A stretch of 64,000 nt of DNA from Dimorphilus gyrociliatus (Eukaryota > Animalia > Annelida), in assembly GCA_904063045.1 (NCBI GenBank), contig CAJFCJ010000002.1, positions 3,343,891-3,407,890 on the forward strand, read 5' to 3'. A program made the translations under genes and the position numbers. The notes under the pieces were generated by a model. That model saw nothing but the letters and a program-made list of their open reading frames with translations. It was not told the DNA's origin and did no database searches. Shown piece by piece: positions 13,401 through 27,317 of the stretch (positions are counted from its first letter, which is position 1; every line of letters starts with the position of its first letter).

Positions 13401-15349
13401 TATCAATATCTGGTACGTTGTCCAGTTCATCAATCTTTTTAATCAATAACATATATTGTTAGATTTTATGTTATATAAGCGCTCAATTATTTTAAATAAT
13501 AGTATACCCATGAAACTATAAACATTCTAGTATATTGGCCTCGATTGTAGATTCTTGTTCTTAGTTGATTAATTAGATCGACCAAATTCATATTTGGACT
13601 TGCAGTGAGAACATCTCTAACTAATACATTTAAAAGTCCACTGCCATTTCTAACATGTCCATCTGGATCTGCTGCCAACTGAAAAAAAGGCATTCAATTT
13701 AATTACTTACGCTTCGTATGAAAACTAAATAGGAAAGCAGCTGCAGATCGACACCAATACGTTTGTCAATAAAGTAATAAATCAAGTTTGCGAATTTGTG
13801 TCTTTATCAGACTTAAAGATATGATAGAACGGAGAACCAAAGTAAAAAGACTTAAATATCAAGGCGTTTAGGCATTCTGTGTATCTTGGTCAAAGCATAA
13901 CCAATAGTAAAATTTATAAGCATGTTTTATACAAATGGATCATCCGTTTAAAGACGGGATACGCAATCCCTCAACTTAAAATAATATTCAACATTAAAGC
14001 ATGACTAGAGAATGAAATTATATATTGGCTTATTTAGCAATTTGTACTTAAGTGTATATACAAGTATATATATATATATATATATATACAGTATATAAAG
14101 TAAGTTTATTTATTTATTAGTATTTAGCTATTACAGGCCCAAAGCTATAATATTAATAGTATATTTAAGAACACATATACTATCCTCCACTTACTCATCT
14201 ACTTTATAAAAACCGAAATTGCCTCTTACTTTCGCAAAGCGAATAGAGCGGGAAAATGCTTTATTTTAGAATTCTAATTTAAAAAAAAATCTATATATAA
14301 GAATAATTTATATCGATTTTCGTTAAGTTTTCAGTTAAACGTAAAATGCGCAGTCCTTCCTAAAATGAAAAAGCCGTAAATCATGCCCAAAATTATATAT
14401 TTAAATAATATTTCGAACCTACTGGAAAGTATACTTTTGAGTTCAAATTCTACTAAACTAATTATTTACTTTAACTTATAATTTATTTTTCATATTAGAT
14501 GGAATAAGGAAGCAATAAATCCTAGTAACATATGATTGCTGGTAGCACAGTTACAATCTGACGCAATATGTCTTACCCGACTCAATCCATCAAAAACCTC
14601 ATTAAAATGAGGCAGAAATCCATCTCGTGCAATTTTAATGATATTATATAAAGCCTCGCATCCAAAATAGCGAACATTTCTATCCGAATCATGAAAGCAT
14701 GTTAAAACTGGCTCTATTAGTTTCGAAATAAATTCTTTCGACTCCTGAAATTAAACAAATAATAAAAATATTGAAACTTATTCAATTAATTATTATAGAG
14801 CGCTAGTACGGTGTATAGGAGAGTAAATATTGCAGTCGCGCCCTAGACACCAATATGAGCACAGAAACGCAATACAGCTATAAACTTTTACCTGCAAACG
14901 ATTGCGGAAGGTTTGTCTATTTTACATTATAAATTTTCTATGAAATTAAGTCTAGGTAGTGTTGTATTTTAATTTATTATAAATATTGCCGTCATTTAAG
15001 AAAAAACGAATGTAATATTTCAATGTTTCGCTTCCTATTTTCTGTAAGCAGTGGTAGTTTACACAAGAGAGTTTCTCTTAATATTTCTTCGTCTCCAAAT
15101 CAACAAACGTAATTAATCGATCTTTCAACGACAAACCCTCAGGCCAACAATATACCTCGTAACAATTGTATGAGGTCTCAGGTGAAACGCGAAGCCTTAA
15201 AGGGAAAACGCCGGGGCTGAGACGCAGATATGACCGCCTTAATATTCATTTCAAAGTAAAATTTCTATTCTAGAGAACTAAAAATTCCTACTTTAGAAAA
15301 GTAGAGATTGTATAGATATTAATATTCTAGATATATGCGGTATATACAG

Positions 15350-15381
<32 letters not shown>

Positions 15382-17201
15382 AATAGAGCAATTGATGTCT
15401 GCAGACGTCTACAGAGAAACGGCAAATAGCCAACAGGTTATACCAAATTTTCTCCTTTCTTGTCATTAAAAGGTCACCTTATCCAGGCGGGCAAAAAAAA
15501 TACTAAGCGATGGGAATGTAAATGTGCAGACGGTATTGCAGACTAGATTATCGATAGAGAGATTAAGAATGGGTTGAAAGAATTAGTCCTTTTTTAAATA
15601 TTCCTCTAAACTGACGATAAAAAGAAGTAGTTATTTTAACCGTTTAATAATGCACATAGTGTGTTTTTATCCTAGAATTAACTCGAACGGATAATTTTAA
15701 TAAATTTAGATGTTATAATAAATAAATATCAATATACATATAAATATAATTTAATGACTGGTTTCCTGAGTTAAGAGCAGTGTCCTTTATAACTTGACCT
15801 TTAAATAGATAGGTTAGATAATATTAGGCCCTCTTGAGTTTTTCTCATTAGAATGGGTAAAGATAGAAATGTTCCGACTTATGTTTTTTACTTACAAACA
15901 AATAGTAGCGACAAAAAACAAAATCACAGTTCGGGTCTAAGATAAAATCAATTCTCTTTACCCTAAATTTAGACCATTTTCGTAAATTTTCAAAAGAGAT
16001 TTTGTCCATTAAGGCCAATACTAGGATGTACACGAGTCAGAATTCTTTAACTAAATTTTTTCTCCTCTTTACTCCTTTTTAACTAAACGAGAAAAGTTAA
16101 ACGGCTAAATTGACCAATTCTATATGCTTAAAAAGAGCGAAGAAAGAGGGCAAAGACGCGATAAACATGCAATATCCAAGATATTTTTAAAGCTTTGAGT
16201 TTGTGTGAATTGAAGGGTAAAATATACTAGCGAAAGAAAACCATCTAATATCTATGAAGAAGGAAGAGAAAGGAGGATGAGAAAAAGTTCTATATAAGTA
16301 AAAGGACTTTAAGGATTACTTTTATCATCCACATCAATAACAGATAATGAATAACATATATTTATTTGTATACTTTATACTATTGAATAAAATGATATAT
16401 CTAACACAGCTATTTATTCATCTCACCATTCATCTGTAAATAATAATATACAATATTCTGCACCCAAGCATTTCATTATTATAGTAACTAATATTGCTGT
16501 TTTACCAGTTATTTCACATTACTAAGTGCAAAATTCACCTAGTTTTAGTTTTATAGACTTTATATACCTATTAGCAGCAAAGGACATGTCTGGCTGAAGG
16601 CTCAGGAAATGAGTCGGTGTTGGGAAGTCAATAAATTATAGAACTAAATTCGCTAATACCTTTTTAAATATTATAATTAATTATTATATAATTACTGAAT
16701 AAAAGTATTGTAAATATTGTCTATCGATTCTATTGATGATGTACTATTTATAAACAGCGGTTTGTAAGCTATACAGTATCACAAAAAGATATTGAAATTC
16801 GTTAACGAGATGGCTTACCTTTCCTAAAGCAGTTGTTGTTGCAGCAAGAGCTATTAATCCTCCTAGTCGAGTGTTTATATTATGTGACATGGCATAATCT
16901 CGTCCTAGTATATCAATTATCTGAGTGATTTGCTTTATTTCATTTTTCCTGACTAGATCTTTAACGATGCTAAAATATTTATTACAAGATATTAAAAATA
17001 CTAAATTGCATTAATCAATTAATTAGAGATCACAATGTAATAATACCATATATATAATCAAAATAGAAAAAAATTGTTGTCAAATAACCCTAATATCACT
17101 CACCGTTCGACTTCTAAAGCCGCTGCTTTACGTTTATCATAAATTTTGTCGCTTAATCCCCGAATAACCGAGGCTGGAAAAAATTCTTGAATAGATGACA
17201 T
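10486..17201 (-). CDS. VAC14: VAC14 PIKfyve-complex scaffold (HEAT repeats), about 11 exons
   Basis: Exon 1 (17201-17104) reads MSSIQEFFPASVIRGLSDKIYDKRKAAALEVER. Later exons give ...NTRLGGLIALAA, ...VRYFGCEALYNIIK, ADPDGHVRNGSGLLNVLVRD, ...DRLVQLVESPIFA, YPYLVESLYGILMLLPQS. The last exon (about 10594-10486) ends INFSELLNIFRTIQKLD*. Confidence 0.95.
14064..14097. repeat. (TA)n microsatellite in a VAC14 intron
   Basis: About 12 TA units followed by CAGTATATA. Confidence 0.9.
15341..15378. repeat. (TA)n microsatellite in VAC14 intron 2
   Basis: TATATACAG followed by about 14 TA units. Confidence 0.9.
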
Positions 17202-17280
17202 TGTTAATAAACTAAATTGACTTTTATATATGAATGTTTAAAATTTTCTTTTAGTTTTTTCAAAGCGATCATTTAATTCG

Positions 17281-17290
17281 ATCACGTGAC
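17281..17290. promoter_or_regulatory. E-box/CLEAR-like motif (GTCACGTGAT) in the shared VAC14-MARVEL promoter
   Basis: ATCACGTGAC lies 80 nt upstream of the VAC14 ATG, in the 358-nt head-to-head gap, and matches the MiT/TFE CLEAR consensus at 9 of 10 positions. Motif match only. Confidence 0.4.
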
Positions 17291-17559
17291 TATTAGTAAT
17301 GTTTCCCAGTGTCAACCAGTTTATTTTCACTGTTGAAATAGCAACAACTTCATCCAAGAAAATTTCAATTTTCGTCTATTTAAATGTAGGCCTAGCAATC
17401 AGGTCATTTGTCAAATGGAACGTAGGATTCTTAAAAGAAATTAATAAAGTAATTATAATTTTATTTCTAACATAACGTTATTTCTATGCTTTGTAAATAA
17501 ATCGATATTGTTAATTTTTTTGTTAATTAACTTTTTTTTATTAATATAGACAATCTTTA

Positions 17560-18428
17560 ATGGGGGATGAACAGAATGGAACAAATGCAGAGCAACCATT
17601 TCTCTCTGAAAAAATAGTTGAAGGTCATCCGTTGATCATTCGATTCGATGCTGCTTACGCAAAAAGCTGTATCGGAATAGTTCATTTGTTTATCTCTGTA
17701 AGTTTGTAAACCGATCACTATTCTTAAATTATCGTTTTACAACAGCCTTTACATAATTTTAACGCTATCTCACACATTGATTACTTCCTTTTAACACCTC
17801 AAATTTTTCTAGCTAAACAAACTGCTTTTTAAAGTCTTTTTTTTTACATTTAAAATCTATCCAGCTACTAAGCTTGTCTGGTTTGGCTTGCCTGACAACC
17901 AGTAATTCTTATTATGGGACTTATCTGCACCTGCCTTTATCGTGGCATCACCGATGTTACGTTTTTACAACGGTCTTGTCATTCTTAATATCGTTTACCA
18001 TCTACTTTCTGAACGTTACTGCAATAGTTTCTGCTTTTAAGAGGAAATGGCATTTACTTGTAAGCTAAATCGATTTAAAATGAAAATCTCTTAAATTAAT
18101 TTTATCCACATAATCTATTTTTTTTTTAAAAACAGAATGCAATCGTTTTTGGTTTGGTTTCTTTTATATCGTTCTTTTCCTCATCACTAGTTGCAAGTGC
18201 CATAACATTTTACACAAATTTTGACCAAAAGAGAATACCACGTACAACAATACACCACCTGGCTGCAGCAGCCGTAAGAATAATTCTAACTATGCTTACT
18301 GCTAATTAATCGTGACCTGTTTTTTTTTTCTTTAGATTGCTGGCTACGGGTATACAATTTTATTAGCATGTGCAACATTTCACGGCGTTCTTAGATGGCG
18401 TCAATCAACTCCAGCCACACCATCTTAA
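17560..18428 (+). CDS. MARVEL-domain four-TM protein (CMTM/plasmolipin-like), about 187 aa, 4 exons
   Basis: Exons 17560-17697, 17865-18059, 18136-about 18273 and 18336-18428 are separated by phase-0 GT-AG introns. The product has four hydrophobic segments, an F/RFD..Y..S..G motif before TM1 and an AAAA-IAGY motif in TM4, typical of MARVEL proteins. Confidence 0.75.
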
Positions 18429-18904
18429 TTAGTCATATACTTTATATATTAACTACAAAGCTACAGGGATCAAGCTCATCGATATTGTTATGGGTTTTTA
18501 CTGAATATACTTAATGATAGATGGAATATATATTCATTTGTTTATTTAATTAAAAAACACGTAAAAGACTTAAATGAATTACAATAAAAAACGAAAATAT
18601 AAAAAAATTTAAGATCTTCAAATTCGAAAATAAAAAATTTCAACAATTTTGAGAAATCATACTTTAAACTGGGTTTTCAGCACAGTAAACAGCAATGAAA
18701 TAAAACTAATCACTAACAGATATGGATAAACAAATTTTAGTAAAAAAATTAAAAGAAAGCATTCCATTTTCATATAAAAAAAATAGGAAAAGTAGATGCA
18801 TAGAAACGTGACTGGATAATGTTATGTTGTTCTTTGAGTATTCGTATAGAGGACATTTCTGCGTATATATCGTGCTTAGTGTCAATGGCTCTTTCATTTC
18901 ACAG

Positions 18905-19830
18905 TTATTTGCTAGCTTTAAAAAGTGTCCTTCCTTTCCCATCAGTCTAATAGGGCTACCGCTTTTAACAATTTTATCATTATCTATTACAATGTTTGTA
19001 TCATATTTTTTGTTATTAACTTATAAGCAGTAATTATCATTGGGTATCTTTTGAAATGACTTTTCAATATCTCTAGGATATTTTTGTCTGTCTGATTATC
19101 AACGCATCCTATAGGTATATCGATCACTATGATGAGATTTTTCTTTAGAAACTTTTCGCACGCTAAATCGTTGTCTATATTCTACAGTCAGGTAATTCTC
19201 CCTTCCTTAATTTAATACTCACTTTATTCATCTTTAGTTTGACCTCGATTTAATAATTGAGCTTTTAAATGGAAATTAAAAAATCTCAAAGAGGCAATAG
19301 AATAATTTTGTGTTAACTTTGATAGATTTCTATGAATTCACAAATAATTGAATGACGATTGTAAATGTTATATCATTTCTTTAGACACTATAAGTTCTTA
19401 GCTTTCTAAAACATTTTATTGTTAGAATACAACGTACAACATATCTGTTTGCATTCATATGTTTGATCAATTGTTTCACATCCTTTAAATTCGCTAGACC
19501 CCTATGGTAAGTAAAGAAATTAATAAAACAGACAAGTAAACAGGTATAAATCATTAATAATTAAATATTGTTCAAGGGTAAGCATCCAAAATTTAGCTCG
19601 ATATGATCAAATAGGTTTACAGCAAAACTGTCAACAAAGCCCAGATTTCGAGAAAACCTATTAAGTATTCTTCCTTTCGGATTGATAATAAAGAATCTCA
19701 TCGGGATAGTCATTATCTTCTTAAACATACTATTATGCAGATTTACAGAAGAAAGAGAAGAGTTAATGGTAAAAGCTATTGATGAACTGCTTCTGGGAAG
19801 CTCATTAAAAATAATACAAGGAGTATTCAT
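18905..19830 (-). pseudogene. Degraded ABCC4-like remnant (copy E)
   Basis: 19561-19830 encodes SVNLHNSMFKKIMTIPMRFFIINPKGRILNRFSRNLGFVD, nearly identical to copy D TMD2. About 18960-19170 aligns by eye with copy D NBD2 (21850-22030) but with frameshifts and stops, and GSPIRLMGKEGHFLKLAN resembles an ABCC C-terminus. Most of the gene is deleted. Confidence 0.8.
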
Positions 19831-21754
19831 AAATGATTGAACTTTTTATTTTAGTTTGAGAGACATTTTGTAGATATACCACAAGTTTTCATTAATGTAT
19901 AAATCAATATAAATAGAATTAGAAACAATGAAATTAATACAAAATGTTCAATTAAAAATAATCAAAATTGTTGTTATTATAAATCCAATACATCTCTCTT
20001 CATCATCTAAAAATTATATTCTTTAAATAATTTATTTATCTAGATAAATTGTCTTTGATTTAGAAAATGGATACTACAACTATTGCAAAAATTTGTAGGT
20101 TAAGAATGATATTGAGTATATTTGCTGTAAAAGTATGTAGTTTTTTCTACATCAATTAAACATACAGAGAGATATATTATGCTGTTTAGCGTTGACATGA
20201 CTTTTTTATCTATAAAATTAATTAATTCTATCAATTTTATACTACAAATTAAGCACTCCGCGATTCACAATTACTCTATATATAGTATGAGTATCGAAAA
20301 TCTACTTTCTTTTCCTCTAAGCACCGTAAAAGATACCACAAATTAATTTCTAAAGAGCTGAAGTGCCCGAATTTTCATTTACTAAGAAGGAGCATCTGTT
20401 AATATGGCTATAAAATACATTTTGTATATGCTATTTACTATCTAAATAATGAAGCAATGTAATGTAAAAGGGTACAAACATTCGAAATATTGCCTAGCGT
20501 ATTTTTTTAAAAAATGAGTGAGTTTATACAACTTAAAAAAAGAATATTAACATTATATAATCGCAATCAACTCAATTGACATTATTGGATATATAAAATA
20601 AAAAAACTAAATATGTTTTATCATAAATATTGATTTGTTACGCCTTCAATCATTATCTATCAAACTACTCGGTAAAATATTAGGAATTAGTTAGGAGTTT
20701 TACGAAAATACCTTTTTAAAATAGTATTGAGAAAAGTCGATAAATTTAATAAGATGATTCAGAATTATGCTTAAATTTTTCGCCTCTTAAAACTCAATTG
20801 TTAGCGCTAAGAATAGAATTCTCTTCAATTATGTAATCATAAGAGTTTCAAATTTAAAAGTTTTTCATTTAGCAATAAGTATAAATCTTCAGTAACTTAA
20901 ATAGCTTTATTAAAAAACGTGAAATACTTGTTAAACTGGTTTAACAGTGGTTATAACAGACTTTTTTAAATTGATATGTCATACATGAATAATATGCAAA
21001 TTGAAATTTTTTATGAATCATCTTTGAATAAGCATAATGAAACTTTCTTAATCGTTTTCAGCAGTTTATTATTCATCATTATTCTTTACATAACTTTAGA
21101 CAAGAGTTGTTAATTTCAATGCATCGTATATGTGAACACACAAATTAAACATAAAAGAGCAAAAATAGAGTATAAAATTGGATAATTTTCATCCTGAAAC
21201 TCCTATTGTTATTACACATAAAAGCTTGTATTTCTATTGCGAAACAGATATATCGAATAACTCAAATCTCCTGGGGTCGAACGAAAAGAAATCTTTTAGA
21301 TTTAGTATTAGCAAAGAAAAGATAGAAATATATACATTAGCATCAATATATTTGATATACAGAATGTATAATAATCGTGATAAATAATGACGTATATTTT
21401 CTTTATAACTATCTTTCAAAGTGTAATTTGAGGATTTTTTAGAAGATGTATGCTTATTTCTATAGAAAGCGTTTAGCATAGATATTGTATTCTTCCGTTC
21501 AAATATTTATTGTATAATTAAACATTACATTTTACTAAGCAAGCACACGGTTAGCACAAATTTATTTATTATTTCATATAAGAGTGGACTAAATTGCCTA
21601 AAGTATTTATTAATTTATTATAGCCTTTATATTTTCAAGCAGTTTACAATTTAGAAATAATAATGTAAATTCTTTATAGATGTTTAATCCTACTCTTCCA
21701 GCCTTTTTTAACTAAAGTTATTTCCTTTAAGAACATAGTGAAGTTGTCTATTTC

Positions 21755-24700
21755 TTAACTATTGGCAAGTGTGTATAAATATTCTTTCTTTTCCATTAGA
21801 TCATTATAACTACCACTTTCAACAATTTGACCATTATACATAACAATGATTCTATCACAATGTTTTATTGTTTCTAACCTATGAGCAATGATTATCATCG
21901 TACACTTTTTGAATTGAATTTTCAATATCTCTTGAATGTTTTTATCCGTTTTATTATCAACGTTTGCTGTAGCCTCGTCGATCACTAACAAGTGACTTTT
22001 CTTTAAAATTGCTCGAGCTAAGCAAAATAGCTGTCTCTCTCCAACGCTCAGATTTTTTCCTCCTTCCATAATTTGGGAGTCAAGTTGTTCCCTTTGATTA
22101 AACACTCGTTGTGACAATTGAACTTTTTCCAAACATGACCATATCTCATCATCAGTATATGTATCAAAAGGATCTAGGTTAGACCTGAATGATCCAGAGA
22201 ACAAAATAGGATCTTGTGGTATAACCGAAATCGCTGATCTAGATTTGCTTAACTCTAAATTATTTACAATATCGATATCGTCTAAAATAATTTGTCCCTC
22301 TATTTTAGTCAACTGAAAGAGGGCGGCAAGAAGAGAACTCTTCCCTGCTCCAGTTCTTCCAACAACTCCAATCTGTTTGTAAAATTGAAATTAGATATAT
22401 TAGTTTATAATGAAGACTTTCGACTTTGTATGTTATAAACATTTGACTTACTTTTTCTCCTGTTTTAATTTCGAAATTTAATGACTTGAGAACTAAAGGC
22501 AATCCTTCATCATATCTCAAAGAAACATTTTTAAATTTAATATGTCCATTTTGAGGCCAAGATGGTGATTTTTCCACGGAATTGTCAATTTTATCCTGTT
22601 CTTGACTAAGTGTCGAGTATTGTGTAATTCTTTGAACTGATACCATCTGAAATAACAAAAGAAATATGACCGTGAACTTTATTAACATTTTAAAAAATGA
22701 ATACCTACCGCAATATCGAAATCTGCCATAATTTTGAGTGAAAATTGAAAAGCATCGAACGTACTACAAAGATAAGTGATTACCAATGCTGATATTACAG
22801 GATTAAAGGATGATGAAAAGAAAATTATCGTAAGTACTACAATCAGAACGAAAACCAACACTATTGTTGAATAAATCTGTTGACAAAACTTAACAAAAGT
22901 TTCTAATAATAAAGCAGTATTGCTGTGTTGATTTGAAGCTTCATAAAATTTCTCCATGTAAACTTGTTCTTTTTCAAAACATCTTATTGTCAGAATACCA
23001 CTTAAAACATTATCAATCTGTTCGTATATAGGTGTTCTATCCATTGCCTCAAATCTCTTTAATTCGCTAGATATAGGTGACAGCTTTCTAAATGAATAAA
23101 ATAGTAACGCTATAAGAATGGCAGCCGGAAAAATCAAATAATAAATATTGACTATTGCAAGAGTTATTATGAATGTTATTAGTCCAAAATAGAATACAAT
23201 TTGATCAAGTAGATCAACCACAAGTGTATCAACAAACCCAATATCTCGAGAAAACCTATTTAATATTCTTCCTTTGGGATTGCTATTAAAGAACCTCATT
23301 GGTATTGTCATTATCTTTCTAAACATTCTGTTATGTAGATTTACAGAGCAGAAAGATATGTTTATGGTAAATAGCCACTGACGAACTGTCTCTAGAAAAA
23401 CCATTAAAAATAATACACAGATAATTCCATAAATGGATGAAACTTCAAATGCATGCTTCGAGAAATAACTTAGAGACAAGTCGCAGGTTGTCACCAAGAT
23501 AAAAATCAGGACAAATAGAGTAAGAAAAAATCCTATCAATAGGTAACTTCCATTTTTAAAATAGTTATAATATGTTTTTAGTCCAGCAAATCCAGTGCTG
23601 CTGTCTTCCTCTTCTATAAATTGTTCTTCGTAGGAAGTATCATCTGACTTTTGTTTTGAATGTTCACACTTAAATTTTTTAATAGAGGATGCTGCTACTT
23701 CTCTGCATATTCCATTTTCTAATTCAAAAACAACATCAGCTTGCTTGAGAAGTGAAACTTGATGCGTAACAAGTATAGTTAATTTATCTTTCAAATATCC
23801 TTTTATACATCTAGCCATAATTTCTCCTCCAACTTCCTTATCTAAAGCACTCAGTGGATCATCCAATAAATAAAGGTCAGCAGCTCTGTAGATAGCTCTT
23901 GCTAGAACAATTCTCGCCTTTTGTCCACCACTCAACATAAGACCTCGTTCACCTACCAGCGTTTGATCACCATTTACCCACCCGCTTATGTCCTAATTAG
24001 TAAAATAATAAAAGAAATAAAATAACGTTGTCGTGCTATTCTTAGATATTATAGAAGTTGATATTTTTTTTATAAATATAGGAGTTGATATTGAACTTAC
24101 TTTTTCAAGTGAAGTAGCATGGAGAACTCGTCGATATTTCTTCTCATCAAGTGACTCGTGAAAAAGGATATTTTGTTTTATGGAACCATTGAACAACCAT
24201 GATAGTTGAGGAGCAAATGATATTTTAGATGGACGCCTTAAGAAGCCAGATAAAAGTGGTATTTCTTTCAAAATCGTTAATAATAGCGTTGACTGCATAG
24301 AAAACAATAATATTTACACAAAAATAAAGACTATATTATATTTACTTTTCCGGAACCAACTGAACCATATATACCAATTAATTTGGATTCTGGAGCTTTG
24401 ATTGTCACATCTCTTAAACAGTATTTCAATTTTTCCGAGCATGTATTCTATTTTTAAAAGTAACAGTTAAATTGAGTAAGAGTTAAATTAAATATTTACA
24501 CCTTCCATTCTGTTTTAATTTTACAAGCTGCAAAAACTAAATCATCTCTTTTTAGAGAGGCTTTTTGCTCCAATGAAATTTCCTTTTCATTATCATTTTT
24601 GTCTTGTGCATTTAGTAGTTTCTGAAGAAGATGTATTTAATAATTTACCGTTATACAATAAATTTGTCTAATAACTTACATTAACTCTTCCCATTGAAGA

Positions 24701-26014
24701 TTTTATTTCATTTATTATATAAAAACACAACGGAGCATATTGAAAAATGTCACATTCGGTGAATGAAATGATCAATAAAAGTCGTATATAGATTGGATAA
24801 GTGAAGTTATCTTGACCTAATAATTTGCAAATTGTAATGACCAAAAATGTGCTTAATCGAACTCCAACAATAGCTATTGCTTTATTGAGGTTTCGAAAGA
24901 TGTAAGTATTAAATATTTCCAATATTTCACTTTCCCTTAATTTTTCAAGTGTCTTTATAAAATACTTTTCCCACACTTGCATCTTTATTGTTTGCATACC
25001 AGTCAAGATTTCATTCATGAATAAAATTCTTTTATCACTTTTCTCTGCTATTTTCGCTCTAAAGGAACCTTGCTTAAATCCAAAAAAACACAGAAAACTA
25101 ACAATCGTAAGATTCAAAGAAAAATAACCAAGTGCAGCAAAAGGATTATAAAAGATAGCTATCAAAACTGTAACTATAATTAGTAGTAAACTGCCCGAAA
25201 CAATAGCACCGACATATGATGCAAAGACATACATTTTTTCAACATCAGTTGAAATTGTAGAGAGAATAAATCCTGTTGTTAGTTCATGACTTGCTTGATA
25301 ATCTATTTTCATTGTCTGAGAATTATTTAAAGTACAATTATAGTTTCTCTTTTCTTTAATTTACAAAATACTTTTTCAAATATGCAACAGCTTAAAGCGG
25401 CACGAACAGCAATGGCTCGATATGTCGCAATTAACGTTGATAATTTAGCAAAGAACCCATCACTTAATAAAAAGAATACTGAAAATTTTAATATAATTAG
25501 ATGGTATACTATGAAAAAATATAAAAACTACTTAATGTGAATGTCGCAAGATATGTTGTGTATGTTACTTTATTTTCCAAATCAAAGACTATTTTTTGAA
25601 GTAGAAAGGGAATAATCATTCTAAAAGTGACAGCAAAACTTCTATACAAGTATCCTTTTAAAATGGCTGATTTAGATAAAGTAAACAGATGCTTCAAAAT
25701 AGATATATTCTTTCCATTCTTTCGATCTTTGTCAATTAGCCTGTATTAGTTAATAATTTTTATGGCATTATCAATTAACTACTGATAAACATTAACTAAC
25801 TCTTTCAACGACATGTGTACAGTCTTTGAATCGTACTCCGCTGGTGTAATAAATTTTCGAATGTTATCTTTCCAATTTTTCTTTCGTACAATTCCAAAAA
25901 CCCAGCTAAATATTTTGTTAATAGGTTAGCCTTTTACTTAAATTTGTAATTAACTTACCATTGTAATAAATACGAGATATATCCAGCATTTTCAATAGGA
26001 TGTGCTAAAGGCAT
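21755..26014 (-). CDS. ABCC4: ABCC4/MRP4-like ABC transporter (copy D), TMD1-NBD1-TMD2-NBD2
   Basis: Starts MPLAHPIENAGYISYLLQW. NBD1 has GSVGSGKS, LSGGQKAR and LYLLDDPLSALD; TMD2 has PKGRILNRFSRD; NBD2 has GRTGAGKS, LSVGERQL, VIDEATA and IAHRL. The ORF pieces join via short GT-AG introns. No TMD0, so it is a short ABCC. Confidence 0.9.
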
Positions 26015-27317
26015 GCTTTAAACATCAACATTAATACTTCTTTACAGAAACTAATAGTATAATTGCGTGGGAGAGAGCTTATTGAAAACCAAACGTAACT
26101 GTTCAGAGCTTTTTACTCAGTTTTGATAGATCTTTTAATATTATACAATACTATACGGGAAGCGCAATAGGGTAAGACCTATTCTAACATTTTCAAGTTT
26201 AATCATTCAGATAGAAAGTAATATTTCGTCTTTAGAATATAGTGAAGAGTTTGTTAACTATACGAATTTTATTGGTTTGATATTTATCTTTTCAACAAAT
26301 ATTGAGTATTGTAGATAAAAACTATTAATATTGTATTGCAAATACAGATATTTCAAAATATTGAATTGAATTTGACCTTTATCGATATAGCTAAAAAAAA
26401 TAAAATTGAATTATTAATGAAACTAAGAGCATCCTATTTGCTATCGGCATTACTTCACGCATATTTCCGGCTATAGTCGACTACATATTTACATTAATTA
26501 AAATAAAAGATTAAATATTTTATTAGATCTTTTACAAAATCGTACTTACATCACTCTTTTCACAACCTTCAACTTAGGTTTCAACAACCAATTGACACAA
26601 AACTGTCACCGAAAACTTTAGTTCTTATTTATCAAAATTCGATTGCTATACGATACAGTGACCTATATAGAAAATTTTAAGAAGGACTAGCTTAATAGAT
26701 CTGCTGTAAACTATCTAAAATTCAATAACAATGTTCATATTAAAATAAAATCTCAGAATTTTGTATATGTACATTGAAAATATGGTCTATTTCTTTTTCA
26801 TTTTACAATTTTTCATATAAAGTTCTAATCTTTATCTAAAGTAAGTTAATTCACCTAAATAACAACATAAATTTCCTTCTTTCTTGTTTATCCAAACTTC
26901 TAAAAAATGCCACAGCTTATATCTCAACGAATAACAATAACTTTATAAATTAATATTTCAATATAGAATCTACTAAAGTAACTACTACATTTATTTATCA
27001 ATTAAAAACAGTAAATACAATTAAATAGTGTAACAATGAAGCTCATACATTGAGTACAATAAAATATCTTAACATATTCCTGGAATGTTATGTAACGTGT
27101 TTGTGCATAGCTGTTTACTATTCACATTGCTTTTCCATCTTCATTCTTCTATCAATCAAATATTTCAGCTAAAGTATTTCAAAATATCAAGTTGATTGGA
27201 TGCTACTGTAAAAGAACAATGTTGTTATTCCTCCTTCCGAATTCTCATATTATTAGATCTCTTTCTTTTAAAAAAAAATACGAAAACGAATAAGATACAC
27301 TAACCTTATTGCTTGTA

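Noticed and set aside
15175-15223. Hammerhead ribozyme (GAAAC and CTGA-like strings)
   Set aside because: The core CUGANGA is not matched, and the element order fits no hammerhead topology.
21178-21479. Overlapping 69- and 81-aa ORFs between ABCC remnant E and copy D
   Set aside because: Alternative start codons, low-complexity AT-rich sequence and no convincing similarity to the ABCC copies.
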